A stretch of DNA of 64,000 bases from an uncultured delta proteobacterium (GTDB lineage: Bacteria > Desulfobacterota > Desulfobacteria > Desulfobacterales > Desulfosalsimonadaceae), in the NCBI GenBank assembly GCA_963826785.1, contig CAWGYD010000004.1, forward strand, positions 401,457 to 465,456, written 5' to 3'. The notes below the pieces were generated by a model. It did not search any database. It was not told the DNA's origin and was given only the letters and a program-made list of their open reading frames with translations. The translations under genes and the position numbers were made by a program. Shown here piece by piece: positions 18,165-28,491 of this stretch (the stretch's first letter is position 1; each line of letters opens with the position of its first letter).

Positions 18165-19214
18165 TTAAAACTGCTGCCGCATGCTGCCGGCCAGCACCTC
18201 CGGCGGGGTGAGGATCAGTTCGTTTCGCAGCAGCTTCTGGAGGAAGTAATCGTCGGTGCGGTAGTTTTCATAGACGTTCTGCCGGGAGATGATGCGGATG
18301 AAGCACCGGAAGGATTCCCTGCGCTGGTCCAGGGGGCCGGAGTAGAGCGCAAAGTTAAAGGTCGAGATCCCCATGCCCGCATAGCCGTGGAGCACCTTGA
18401 CCAGTCCTGCGGCAAGGCCCTTCACGTCATCTATATCCATTTCCCGGAAATGGGTGCGTTTGGTCAGCACGCCCATGACTTCATTGGCGCCCTGGGGGGA
18501 GAAGGCGGTGATCCACTCCACCGGCCCGGTGGCGCCGATGTAGCGCTCCCCGGCAACTTTTTCCTGCTGGACCAGATCGTACCAGTAGCAGCTGTGATGG
18601 GCTTCGTAATACCGCTCGCCCGCGTCGAGAAGCGATTCGAGAAAGGTGAAGGGAAGATCGCCGCCCATCATCTGGAAATGGGGATGGGCGATGGATGCGC
18701 CCGCAGGGCCCAGGTAGTTGCCGTTGAGGGTCAGGTATTTGACGCTTTTATCCTTGGACAGCGCCTGCGCCAGCTCCAGGGAGGCCTGGAACGCTTCTTC
18801 CACCGGTGCCGCATTGAATTGATCCAGCGGGACGTAATGCTTTTCTCCCACCCGGATAACGGCATGGATCTGGCCGGCGGGGAAAATGTTGGGGAACAGC
18901 ACCGCCTGGCCCACCTGGATGCGCCCTTCGGGGACCACGTCCGTGGGGTATGTCGGCGTCATGGCCGCCCACCGGTCCTCGCATAAAAAGCACCGGGACT
19001 CGCTTTCTTTCGCCATTTTTTCAATCAGGGCCATGTCGCTGCTGCCGTAGAACATGGCCACCTTGTCCTGAAGCCGCGGATTGAACACGCTCTGGGCGCC
19101 GGTCAGCGGGTCTTTCCGGATCTCCAGCTCCTGGGTATCCAGATCGTTGTTCATCATGGGGTTGTGGATGGTCGACTTCTGGGTGTGCTTTCTAAATTCG
19201 ATTTTTCGGGTCAT
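18165..19214 (-). CDS. GalT-like nucleotidyltransferase (HIT superfamily)
   Basis: EIRKDPLTG, CFLC, FPNIFP and GASIAHPHFQ (HxHxQ); ATG 19214 follows GGGAGG. Confidence 0.85.
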   Translation of the reverse strand: MTRKIEFRKHTQKSTIHNPMMNNDLDTQELEIRKDPLTGAQSVFNPRLQDKVAMFYGSSDMALIEKMAKESESRCFLCEDRWAAMTPTYPTDVVPEGRIQVGQAVLFPNIFPAGQIHAVIRVGEKHYVPLDQFNAAPVEEAFQASLELAQALSKDKSVKYLTLNGNYLGPAGASIAHPHFQMMGGDLPFTFLESLLDAGERYYEAHHSCYWYDLVQQEKVAGERYIGATGPVEWITAFSPQGANEVMGVLTKRTHFREMDIDDVKGLAAGLVKVLHGYAGMGISTFNFALYSGPLDQRRESFRCFIRIISRQNVYENYRTDDYFLQKLLRNELILTPPEVLAGSMRQQF

Positions 19215-19297
19215 GGGTGGCCTCCCTGCGGGAATTAACATACTGAATTCGGACCGGTTGTCAAGGTTTCCGTTTACACATCGAAATGCGGTTTTGA

Positions 19298-20389
19298 TCA
19301 TGGGAAATCTATCAATGGACCCATTGCGGGTACGATATCGCATACGGTCAGGCCTTCCTGGGGCCATCTGACCTGGTCGACTTTTTCAAGATATTTCCCG
19401 GCAAGTTCCTCGCCGAGCCAGTGCCTGGCCAGGGCCGGGTCATGATCTTTTTGCTGGTTTCCGGCATAGGGGACGAAAAGATCTTTTAGCAGCAGGGCGC
19501 GGTACAAGCGGCGTTCTGCGAAAAGGGGCGCCATTCCCTTTTCCTGCCGGTATCCATTGATGCGCATGGGAATGGCGATTCCGGTGGGGTCGAGGTCGCC
19601 AAAATAGGCGATGCCATTTGCGGCGACCCGGGTTTCGATCTCCATAAGACCGTCGCTGGCCCGTTCGGCCGCACAGGCCTGAAAGCCCTGGCCGTAAACC
19701 ACCGCCGCGAAACACCGCAGGATTTCGTTTGCCCGGCAGCAGCTCCAATAGCTATTGGAATTTTCGACCACCAGGAGCGGTTTGCCGCCGGTTTCGCGGA
19801 TGTCCAGGGAAAAGGGGTGGAAGGGAAGAGGTTCCGGACAGTAGAAACAGTCCAGGTCCGCCAGGGTGATCCGTCCCCCGAACAGGCCGTGCCGGACATG
19901 GCGATCCAGCGCTTTCTCGTCTCCGAAGATTTCCAGTGACCGTTCCCGATGGGGGAGAGGCGTTGCATCCGGTTTCCGGGTGCGCAGGTAATGATTCACC
20001 CGCTTTGCCCGTTTAAGCTCCTCGATATCCGAGAGGGTATGGGCAAAGGCCACCATTCGCGTCGGTTCCCAGGCCGTTTCGTTTCTCAGGCCATCACGGG
20101 TTTCCCGGCGCTTTTGCCGGGCCGCGTCTTCTTCGGTGCGCACCGCCGTCACAAAACGCGGCAGGCCCGTTTGCCGGTCCCAGCATTGCGTTGTGGCCGG
20201 GAGGCGAAGAAGGCCTTCCCCGGCCAGGTTATGAAGGATTTGCAGGATCCGGTCCCGGATTTCGAAATCGCTCAACGGGCCGAGCGGCTGCCGGCGGACT
20301 TCGGCCAGAATCGTTTCCATTTTTACCCGTTTCCCCCGGCCAGATGCGATTCGGGCGATCACGGCTTCACGCAGGATACGGTCCATCAT
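19298..20389 (-). CDS. jetD: Wadjet JetD-like Toprim nuclease
   Basis: HRERSLEIFGDEKAL, LLVVENSNSY, YGQG, YFGDLDPTGIAI and PQE (Toprim E...DxD); overlaps the jetC-like gene by 23 nt. Confidence 0.85.
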   Translation of the reverse strand: MMDRILREAVIARIASGRGKRVKMETILAEVRRQPLGPLSDFEIRDRILQILHNLAGEGLLRLPATTQCWDRQTGLPRFVTAVRTEEDAARQKRRETRDGLRNETAWEPTRMVAFAHTLSDIEELKRAKRVNHYLRTRKPDATPLPHRERSLEIFGDEKALDRHVRHGLFGGRITLADLDCFYCPEPLPFHPFSLDIRETGGKPLLVVENSNSYWSCCRANEILRCFAAVVYGQGFQACAAERASDGLMEIETRVAANGIAYFGDLDPTGIAIPMRINGYRQEKGMAPLFAERRLYRALLLKDLFVPYAGNQQKDHDPALARHWLGEELAGKYLEKVDQVRWPQEGLTVCDIVPAMGPLIDFP

Positions 20390-23300
20390 GCTTCTCCCGG
20401 CGTTTTTCCACGTTTAGTTCCGTGATTTCAAGGCAGTCATACGTAACGTTGTCGATTTCGAGCTTTTTGTCCCCTTTCCGGATGGCCACCCGGAGTTCGA
20501 ACAGGTCGAGTGATTCACGGTCGTTGATTCCGGTCAGGTAGACGCACTGGATCCCCATGGCCCGGGCCACTTTCAGCTGGGCATCCAGGAAATCGGACCG
20601 GTTGCAGACCCCGAGCGGGTTGTCCAGGACCAGGAAGGCCGGGATCCGGTCATCGCTCCTGTTCCGCCGTTTTTTTCGCATGGAGATCAGGAGTGAATAG
20701 AGGAGCACGGCGGTGGTGAGGGCTTCTCCGCCCGAACCCAGGTCCTTTCCCACCGGCTCGTAGTTGCGCCCCGTATCGTCACATTTGAGCAGGCGGATGC
20801 CGAACACCTTTTTTCCGGATGCCGCCTCCAGGAGCCGGTAGAGCAACTCCGATCCCAGGCAGTTGCCGGCCTTGGGATTCACCTCGGGAAGGCGGTTCTG
20901 CTCGATGAGTTCATTGAGCCAGTTTTCCAGTGATTGGTGAAAAATATCCCCGTGCCGGGCGAAATCGAGGCGTGCGCCGGCCCGCAGAATCGGTTTACCG
21001 CCATAGATGTAAACGTCGGCGGGAATGGTTTCCTGGGCCGCCGCCTGGAGCTTCTGGTGGTATTCCCGGCTGCGCTGCAGGAGCATGTCCAGGAGGTTAT
21101 CCACGATCCGCCGGGAAAGTTCCAGATCGCTTTCGATGTTGCGGGCGATTTCCTCGCAGCGCTGGATCAGCTCCCGGCCCTGGGAACCGAGGGATTCGGC
21201 ATCGTGCGCCCGGAGCGCGTCGATTACCGCCGGAAGGTGGTGTTTGTAGGCTTCACCCTGGAGATCGACCTGGAGCCTTTCAAAAGCGCCGCTCATCTTG
21301 CGGCGGAAACCTTCGACGGCTTGCCGGTCCGCTTCCTCGGATGCGATCATCTCCTGCACCTGGTCCCCCAGGGACTTTACCGCCGCGATCCGCTCCCCGT
21401 CCGAGGCGGCGTTCATCAGGTCCGGCCATCTTACCCGGGGGGACCGGTTGTCCCATAGCGGCGGAAAAGTACGGATTCCCGCCGCTCCCAGCTGGGCCTC
21501 ATGGCGCAGCGATTCTATGGTTTTCTTTTCTTCTTCCAGTCTGCGGCAGCGCTGGCCCAGCCGCTGATGCGTATCTTCGTGCCGCGCCGCCTCGCTTTCG
21601 AACCGGTGCATGAGTCCGTCCGGATCATGGCCGGCCATATCGGTTTCCGTGATATCCGGAACAATTCCTTTTTTCCTTCGAACCGACAATTCCGCATCCA
21701 GCTGCCCGAATTCCCTGCGCTGATGGTCGAGATCGGATTCCAGCCGGGTCCTGGCTTCCTTGCCTTTGTCAAGTTCAGTGGTGATGGCTTCTCTGCGTTC
21801 CTCGCGTTCCGTTGCGCTCCGGGCGGCCCAGGTATCTGCGAGATTCTCATCATAGAGGGGATGCTCACGACGAAAAACGACGAATCGGGCTTCCCGCCGG
21901 GCGATGATCTCCTGGAGCGCATCCAGTTCCTTCCGGAGTGCATCGATCCCCAGCTCACTGGCCATGAGGCGTTGATCTTCCATTGCCGCCGCATGAAGAC
22001 CCCGGAGCGTTTTCAGGTCCAGCGAAAGGGCGTCTTCCTGTTCCGCCGCGGAAACGATAACGTCCCGGGGCCGGGGCACATCGCCGTCCCGGTCGTCCAG
22101 ACCTTTCAGCTTTTCATTGAGTTCGCGAATATCGCCCGTGAAACGCCAGATATCGTCCTGGATTTTTACAAGTATGCCGTCATCGGCCGCAATCCCTTTT
22201 TCCATTTCAGCAAGTGAGGATTCTGTCTCTTCCCTTTCCCGCAGCCAGCAATCGAGATCGGCATAGTCGCGCAGCCATTTTTCCACCTGGCCCAGCCATT
22301 CCCCGAACCGGGTCGCCTCCTCCGATAAATGCAGGTGCAGTTGTTCCTGTTCGCTTCTTTGTTCCCGAAGGGTTTCCGTCCGTTCCTCGGTTTCCCCGAT
22401 TTTCACGGACAGGGCTGAAAGGGAAACCTCCAGTTCCTTGACCCGCTCGGACAGCGCCGCCACCGCGGCACGGTCCGGCCAGGTTTCCCGGTAGGCATGA
22501 AGGGCCCGGCTCGATTGGGCCATTTCCAGGAGGACGGCTTTTTCTTCGGCGATCTCCCGGCCAAGTGCATCCAGATGTTCCCGAAGCCGGTCCCGGGTCT
22601 CCGCCATGTGGCGCTTCGAATAGACCTGCGGATTTTCCGGCCGGATCACGGTATGGGCGATGGGGATTATTGCATCCGGCGGGCAGGGGATTGAAATGAC
22701 CACCGGACGGTGGAGCCATTCCGGAACCGGCAGGCCGCGCACGGTTTCGATCACCTCCGGGGTTGCCGCCATGATGCCGGTAAAGCGGCCGGGGTCGCCC
22801 TCGATGAATTCGGCCATTTCTTCGGGAAATTCATACAGGTTGGCCAGGTATTCCGGAAAGGACTTGATCTCGCCGGGGGAGACGCCGGCATGATGGTAAT
22901 GGGCGATCAATCGCTGGGTCTGATCGTCTGCGGCCAGGGTTTCCGTCCGGCTGAGGCGTTCCATCTCGCTTTCCAGAGCCATGCGGTTTGCCAGCTTTTC
23001 ATCCATCCGATCCTGGCGCCGGGCAATGGCATCATCCAGGCGGGAAATCAGCTCCGCGGCCGTAGGCTCGAAAGCCGGGACCCCCGCCATCCGCTGGAGA
23101 TGGAGATCATCCCTGAGACGGGAACGCTCCCGGGCTTCTGTTTCCACCCGCTCCCTTGCCCGGTTGAGGCATGCATCGACATCCGACCGTTCGGTTTGCA
23201 GATTCCGCCACTGGCTGTTGCCGATCCGTATCTCCTCTTCAAGGGCATCCATCCGATTCCGGGCGCCAGTGATGCACGCCCGGATCGATTCGTTTTTCCC

Positions 23301-24785
23301 CTTCAGGCGATCCCGGGCGTTTGCGGGGGTTTCGCCCGGTTCCAGGGGAAGCGCGGCCTGCATGGTTTCCGCGGCCCGGATATTGTCGGTGATCCGGGCG
23401 ATCTTCTCATCAATCGCCTTTCGTTGCGCCAATGCGGCGGTCCGGCGTTCGGTGACCGTCTTTTCGGTCTCCCGGGCGGCCTGTTTCCGGTTTTGCAAGG
23501 CCTCGATTTCTTCCCCGACCCGTTGCCGGTCCGCATCGAGGCGGATGTGGTATTGCATTGCCAGCCCTTTGACCTTGTGCAGCACAGGGGCCAGTTCTGC
23601 ATTCGCCTGGAGCAGGGCCGCTTCCTTGATTTCCGCCTCGGACCGTTTTTTCCGGATCTCCGCCAGATGGTCCGCGGCTTTCAGGGCCGTTTCCTCGCTT
23701 TGAAGCCGGTCGATCGCTTCCTTTGCCTGCCCGATTTCCGCTTCCGCGGTTTCAATTTCCCGGTCCAGCTTGTAGATCTGAACCGCCAGGCTGTTGGCTT
23801 GTGCGATTTCCATTCGGGAAAGGGCTTCATTCCGCTGAATTTCGGCTTCCGCGAGGTCCGGCGCGAGGGACTCCAGCTTCCGGCCGGCCGTCTGATCCGC
23901 TTCCTGCAGGAGATGGGCCGCCTCTCCCAGTTTCGCCTGCCAGGCATCGACCGCGCCGCGGGCGTTGCGCCATTGCCCGGCAATGGCGTCGAAATCGGAA
24001 ATCTGCTCCTTGAGGTTCCGGGCGGCTTGAAGCTGCTTTATTTTCTGCGGGCGGTCCTTCATCTTGTGCATGGATTGACCGATGGTTTCCCGGAGGGTGG
24101 CGGCCGCGTCCATATCGGCCACGCACCCCAGGAAAAAACTCACGAATTCGGATTCGGACCGGAATTTGAACGCATCCTTGATCCCCCCTTCGGTCCGGGC
24201 GAAGTCGATCTGGCGGTCGATAAGCCAGGGATCCAGGCCGAGCCGCTCCAGGTTGTCGAGCCAATCCTTCTGGGAAGTGGTCTGCTGGATGAGGGGGGAG
24301 ATGAAATCCCGGACCGCCTTGAACGGCTGTTCCCGGCGGAGAAGGGGACTCCATTCCCTGCGCAGCGCATCGAAGAAGTCCGCCGACTGGGCGATGAAAT
24401 GAATGCGATCCGTCTTGTCCGGCGCGCCGGGGTGCCGGTAGAGGAGTTGTCCGAGAACCAGGTGCTCCATGGGCTCCTGTTCGAACAGGGTGGGTTGGAG
24501 CAGGGTCGCCATGTCCAGGAGAACCACGGCCGGTCGGCCCGGGATAAGATATTGCTCCAGGGTTTTGTCCCCGCCGGATTGAAGATGCTGGACGAAGCGC
24601 TTTTCGGCCGGGCAGAAGACATTCAGGATAAAGGAAAGCAGCGTTGTCTTGCAGGTGCCGTTGGCGGCGAACAAAACCCCGTGGTCCGCCAGTCCGTTTT
24701 CCCGGAAAATGGGAACAAACCCGTTGCGCAGGAGATTTTCTCCCGCCGTAATGTCGCTGACAAAGATTCTACAGAGCCGATACAT
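20367..24785 (-). CDS. jetC: SMC-like coiled-coil ATPase (JetC-like, 1472 aa)
   Basis: N-terminal P-loop variant AANGTCKTT, long heptad-rich middle, C-terminal GSGGE signature and LVLDNPLG; ATG 24785 follows GAAGGGG. Confidence 0.85.
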   Translation of the reverse strand: MYRLCRIFVSDITAGENLLRNGFVPIFRENGLADHGVLFAANGTCKTTLLSFILNVFCPAEKRFVQHLQSGGDKTLEQYLIPGRPAVVLLDMATLLQPTLFEQEPMEHLVLGQLLYRHPGAPDKTDRIHFIAQSADFFDALRREWSPLLRREQPFKAVRDFISPLIQQTTSQKDWLDNLERLGLDPWLIDRQIDFARTEGGIKDAFKFRSESEFVSFFLGCVADMDAAATLRETIGQSMHKMKDRPQKIKQLQAARNLKEQISDFDAIAGQWRNARGAVDAWQAKLGEAAHLLQEADQTAGRKLESLAPDLAEAEIQRNEALSRMEIAQANSLAVQIYKLDREIETAEAEIGQAKEAIDRLQSEETALKAADHLAEIRKKRSEAEIKEAALLQANAELAPVLHKVKGLAMQYHIRLDADRQRVGEEIEALQNRKQAARETEKTVTERRTAALAQRKAIDEKIARITDNIRAAETMQAALPLEPGETPANARDRLKGKNESIRACITGARNRMDALEEEIRIGNSQWRNLQTERSDVDACLNRARERVETEARERSRLRDDLHLQRMAGVPAFEPTAAELISRLDDAIARRQDRMDEKLANRMALESEMERLSRTETLAADDQTQRLIAHYHHAGVSPGEIKSFPEYLANLYEFPEEMAEFIEGDPGRFTGIMAATPEVIETVRGLPVPEWLHRPVVISIPCPPDAIIPIAHTVIRPENPQVYSKRHMAETRDRLREHLDALGREIAEEKAVLLEMAQSSRALHAYRETWPDRAAVAALSERVKELEVSLSALSVKIGETEERTETLREQRSEQEQLHLHLSEEATRFGEWLGQVEKWLRDYADLDCWLREREETESSLAEMEKGIAADDGILVKIQDDIWRFTGDIRELNEKLKGLDDRDGDVPRPRDVIVSAAEQEDALSLDLKTLRGLHAAAMEDQRLMASELGIDALRKELDALQEIIARREARFVVFRREHPLYDENLADTWAARSATEREERREAITTELDKGKEARTRLESDLDHQRREFGQLDAELSVRRKKGIVPDITETDMAGHDPDGLMHRFESEAARHEDTHQRLGQRCRRLEEEKKTIESLRHEAQLGAAGIRTFPPLWDNRSPRVRWPDLMNAASDGERIAAVKSLGDQVQEMIASEEADRQAVEGFRRKMSGAFERLQVDLQGEAYKHHLPAVIDALRAHDAESLGSQGRELIQRCEEIARNIESDLELSRRIVDNLLDMLLQRSREYHQKLQAAAQETIPADVYIYGGKPILRAGARLDFARHGDIFHQSLENWLNELIEQNRLPEVNPKAGNCLGSELLYRLLEAASGKKVFGIRLLKCDDTGRNYEPVGKDLGSGGEALTTAVLLYSLLISMRKKRRNRSDDRIPAFLVLDNPLGVCNRSDFLDAQLKVARAMGIQCVYLTGINDRESLDLFELRVAIRKGDKKLEIDNVTYDCLEITELNVEKRREKHDGPYPA

Positions 24786-25554
24786 CCGAATCCCCTTCCG
24801 GTGCGGACGACGTTTCCCGTAATTCCGCATCTTTTACAATGTCCCGAAATGCGTGGAAGGAATAGACGATTCCCTCCCGCATGGCGGTCTGGTAGGCCGG
24901 AGTGGGCCGGTACTCGATCTCGCCCGGCGTCTCCCGGAACGCCAGGAGATACCCCGTCTCCACCATGTGCTCCAATACCCGGCTGATCAGGTCCACCCAG
25001 CTGTTGCCGGCCCCCGCGCGCAGCCGGTCCGGATTTTCTTCGGGCAGTTCCCGCAGCCGTTCGGCCACTGTCCGCACCTGGGGATGAAGCCGGTCTTCGT
25101 CCTCCGAAAGGGCGGATTCGGCCCGGGCGAATCGGCGCAGGATGTTGATGACATCGGCCGTCACAATGGCGCCCAGGTCCTCCACGGGCGCATCCAGGTC
25201 CGACTCGGTGGGAAAGAATGCGGCGGCAATGGCGCAATGGACCGGGAGCACGTCTGCTGCCTTGAGGTCGCTCCGGGCCAGGAGCCTGCCGTAGTCCGTC
25301 AGGTTGGTGGCGAAAAAGCTGTCCGCCCCCCGTGCCGACAGGCGCAGCCCGTTGTCTTCGAGGGCCAGGAGCCGGAGGTCCATGGCCCTGAGTCCGGCTT
25401 CCACCAGCCGGCGGAACGGCTCCTCGGCCTGAAAGCGCTGGACCAGCTCGGTCATCTCGCCGCTGTTCTGGGCCACCATCCGCTTGTTGCCGCCGCTGTA
25501 AACCAGGCTGAGATAGATGAGCCGATTGGCTTCATACATTATTTCGACAGTCAT
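24769..25554 (-). CDS. jetB: JetB-like (KITE) subunit
   Basis: Size (261 aa) and position between the jetA-like and SMC genes, overlapping both; winged-helix-like tail VLEHMVETGYL...YRPTPAY. Confidence 0.7.
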   Translation of the reverse strand: MTVEIMYEANRLIYLSLVYSGGNKRMVAQNSGEMTELVQRFQAEEPFRRLVEAGLRAMDLRLLALEDNGLRLSARGADSFFATNLTDYGRLLARSDLKAADVLPVHCAIAAAFFPTESDLDAPVEDLGAIVTADVINILRRFARAESALSEDEDRLHPQVRTVAERLRELPEENPDRLRAGAGNSWVDLISRVLEHMVETGYLLAFRETPGEIEYRPTPAYQTAMREGIVYSFHAFRDIVKDAELRETSSAPEGDSDVSAL

Positions 25555-27122
25555 GGGATGTCCTTCATGCGCTTCAGAACCAGTTCATGCCCCCGGTATC
25601 GCCTCCCGGCGGGAAGGTCGATCCCGATCCTCTCTTCCGTGTCCGGCATTTCCACCCGGACACGGGATTTTTTCGCCTGGCGCCGCTCCACCAGACACTG
25701 AAAGACCGCCATGGCCAGGGCCACCGGAAACAGGTCCCCTTTTTCCGCTGCCACCGCATCCGTCAGCAGGGTGCTCAACCGGATTTCGCCTTTCCCCCGA
25801 ACCGTTACGTGAATCATCTCGAATGCCTGCCGCATCATCGTTTCGTCCAGCTCGGACACGAACCGCTCGATGGCGGCGCCGTCCACTTCGAGCACCGTCT
25901 GGTTCCGGTCTCCGGGGGTATTCTGGCGCTCCAGGGCCCGATCACATGCCTCGATCACGGCCGCCGGGTCGAACAGGGGGATTTGCGCCGGCGGGTCGAT
26001 CCTGGCGATGAACTCAGCACCGATTACAGCGGCGTGGGTCTCCTCCAGGCGGAAAATCCGTCCCATCACGTCGTCCATGGGCGGAAACGCCCCGAGTGCG
26101 CGCCTCCGGAACAGCTTATGGCTGTTGTTGTGATAATCCTCCGGCAGGTGCTGCAATTCACCGGAAAGCTTCATCAACTGGTGGTTGAGTTTTCCGAGCA
26201 GTTCCGCCAGGCGGTGGAGTTTGACCGCGTGTTTCTCCTCCCCGGTCGTCTGGAGGTTTTCAATGACCATATTGTGAAGGCGGCCCCCTTCCCTCTGAAC
26301 ATCCGTGGCCTGGTTGACGCCTTCTTCGGCCAGGGCATGGACTTGCTCGAAATCCACGGCATGGATATTGCGCTGAATCAGGCGGCGGGTGTTGCGGACT
26401 TCAAGCGCCTTGCGGGCGCATTGCTTGCGGTTGCCGTCCGCCACCGAGATGGCGTCATCCACGTTGCCCCTTTCGATGAGCAGTTTGATCCGCAGGTTTC
26501 CGATGGCCGTGGCGTCAAGGGCGCTGGTCTCGTGCAGCCCGAAATAGGCGGCGTACCCCTCATCGGTAAGGGCGAACAGGGCTTCTCGCCCTTCGCCCGT
26601 GTAGACCGTCTTGATGAGCCAGAACTTGCGGGTCAGATATTTCCCGGACGGCCCGTCGAAATACGTGTAGCTGAAGGGGAGGTACCGGTTCCCCCGGTTG
26701 ACCAGATGGTCGAATACCTTGTTCAATACCTCGTTGAGTCCGTCGTCGGTGGCCGCCATTTCGCAGGCCACGACCTGTTTGCGGGCCAGTGGGAGGATTT
26801 TTTCGAGCACTTCGGCCCGGGTCGCCCCGGACTGGTATTCGGAAAGTTCCGAGATGGCATCCAGGATCGCAAAAGCGATCCACATGACATCCATCCCATC
26901 CCGGACGGTTGTGATATCATCCGCATCGCTCTGGGGAAAGCGGCGGGCCTCCAATTCATAAATGGGCCGCATGATCAGGGCGGAATGGACCGCCCGGCTG
27001 ACATCTGTTGCAAAGCCGGTATCCGAAAGCGCCTGCTGATCCTGGGGCAACAGGTGATTGGTTTCCGGTTCCGCCGTTTTTTCAGATCTCGTGAAATTAA
27101 TCAGATCAAGTTGAATTGGCAT
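25551..27122 (-). CDS. jetA: JetA-like (kleisin) subunit
   Basis: First gene (523 aa) of the coupled four-gene operon; FWLIK...LTDEG...LIERGNVDDA segment followed by a helical region; ATGA overlap with the next gene. Confidence 0.7.
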   Translation of the reverse strand: MPIQLDLINFTRSEKTAEPETNHLLPQDQQALSDTGFATDVSRAVHSALIMRPIYELEARRFPQSDADDITTVRDGMDVMWIAFAILDAISELSEYQSGATRAEVLEKILPLARKQVVACEMAATDDGLNEVLNKVFDHLVNRGNRYLPFSYTYFDGPSGKYLTRKFWLIKTVYTGEGREALFALTDEGYAAYFGLHETSALDATAIGNLRIKLLIERGNVDDAISVADGNRKQCARKALEVRNTRRLIQRNIHAVDFEQVHALAEEGVNQATDVQREGGRLHNMVIENLQTTGEEKHAVKLHRLAELLGKLNHQLMKLSGELQHLPEDYHNNSHKLFRRRALGAFPPMDDVMGRIFRLEETHAAVIGAEFIARIDPPAQIPLFDPAAVIEACDRALERQNTPGDRNQTVLEVDGAAIERFVSELDETMMRQAFEMIHVTVRGKGEIRLSTLLTDAVAAEKGDLFPVALAMAVFQCLVERRQAKKSRVRVEMPDTEERIGIDLPAGRRYRGHELVLKRMKDIP

Positions 27123-27274
27123 ATTTGTTTTTCATTTTTCGGAATGGGTGGATTTTTCGGCCTTCTTTTCCTTTTGGAATAAGGAACTTCGGCTTTGTCG
27201 TCAAGGAGATTCCATATTCCGGGATGCGGCGCAAGCGGAAATCGGCATTTTCAAAAATATGCCTCTTTGGATTG

Positions 27275-27997
27275 TCACGTTTTGCTCAGCGCCGCCCTCC
27301 TGCCGATGCCGGGTTTGATTTGCGGGGACTTCTGCCGGTGAGCCCCGATGTGCAGGCGGATATCCATGGCTGTCTTGATACCGACGAGCGCGAACAGGAG
27401 CGGGGCAGGGGAGCCGAGCATCATCACCGGCAAGCCGCCGGCGATAATGGTGATGTGCAGCAGCATGATCCGTTTGTAGGGCTGGTTCATCAGGTTCTGG
27501 ATGGATGCGGTTTTATATTCACCCCGGCGCAGATAGTTCTGGACAAACGAGATGCCGTGGCTGATGAACAGACCAAGGATCAGCCATGCCATCTCCGGGG
27601 TGAGGTTCAACCATAGACGGTGGATGACCGAGACCAGAAGCTGCAGGAAAATAAGGTGTCCGGGCCAGTGGGACGAACCGAAGATGTTCCCGGTATCGCC
27701 GCCGAATTTCAAAAAGAGCATGAGAAAGAGCCCGTGCACGGCGCAGAAGCCGCCGAAGTGAAGACAGAAAAACGGAATGGCAAAGAGTTTGCCCAGGTTG
27801 GCCAGGGGGGAATCGAGTCGGGCCAGGGCCATTTTCAGGACATTATAGACGCCGATGATCAGATTTTCGGTCCAGTAGAGCAGCAGGATCACCGCTACGT
27901 CCCATCCCAGCAGCACAACACCGGCAAGCGGCAGGAGATTGGCCGCGGCCAGGGAAGCGATGGATTCAATGTCCTTTACTCTTAAAAAATCAGCCAT
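27275..27997 (-). CDS. DUF6498-like membrane protein
   Basis: ANLLPLAGVVLLGWD...YWTEN, FFCLHFGGF..VHG and PYKRIMLLHITIIAG. Confidence 0.8.
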   Translation of the reverse strand: MADFLRVKDIESIASLAAANLLPLAGVVLLGWDVAVILLLYWTENLIIGVYNVLKMALARLDSPLANLGKLFAIPFFCLHFGGFCAVHGLFLMLFLKFGGDTGNIFGSSHWPGHLIFLQLLVSVIHRLWLNLTPEMAWLILGLFISHGISFVQNYLRRGEYKTASIQNLMNQPYKRIMLLHITIIAGGLPVMMLGSPAPLLFALVGIKTAMDIRLHIGAHRQKSPQIKPGIGRRAALSKT

Positions 27998-28091
27998 GGT
28001 GCCGGACGGATTCCTCCTCAGAAAATCAATTTTTGCAAATTATTATAGGCGATTGACTCTTTTTCAATCGATATCGTCTATCCTGGCCGGC

Positions 28092-28122
28092 GGTCCGACA
28101 CCCCCCTCAGTCCCCTTTCGAG
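28092..28122. repeat. Degenerate family A REP-like copy
   Basis: GGTCCGACACCCCCCT is identical to 18085-18100 and is followed by CAGTCCCCTTTCGAG. Confidence 0.6.
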
Positions 28123-28491
28123 TGACCTGCAATAGCGCATGGTAATGTCCATCGCGCGTAAATGCCCCGCTGCCGCTTGTTTTCGTGTTTGAAAATTATC
28201 AGAAAGTGATCAGAAGTTAAACAATTATTTGAATATATTGAAAGGATCAGATAGGATGGCGGCAATTTTTGGTTCATCAACATTGATCCCCTTCGACTGG
28301 CCTCTTTTCCGGGCAGCGGGTGGAGGGGGCATTCAATCCGGATGATGAAATGGTAATTTGATCTTTCGATCAGTATATGAAATGGCCGGATGTGACAGAA
28401 GTCGTCCCAAAGCCCCGGATCGGAAGTTTACACCCAATCTGAACATTTCCTCTTATAAATCGGGGTTCATCCTTATCCGAAAGTATCTGCT

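Noticed and set aside
18165..19214. GalT-like gene as a fifth Wadjet component
   Set aside because: It is co-oriented but separated by about 80 nt, has its own SD and looks like a metabolic HIT-family enzyme; the apparent overlap in the ORF track comes from an over-extended start.
22710..27182. Long plus-strand ORFs (758 aa and 531 aa) opposite the Wadjet-like genes
   Set aside because: Antisense shadow ORFs of GC-rich coding sequence with no recognisable motifs; the same applies to 19..1095, 4730..5677, 39409..40905, 42663..43727 and similar.
14843..28122. Prophage or integrative element
   Set aside because: No integrase, transposase, relaxase, phage structural gene or tRNA attachment site is visible.
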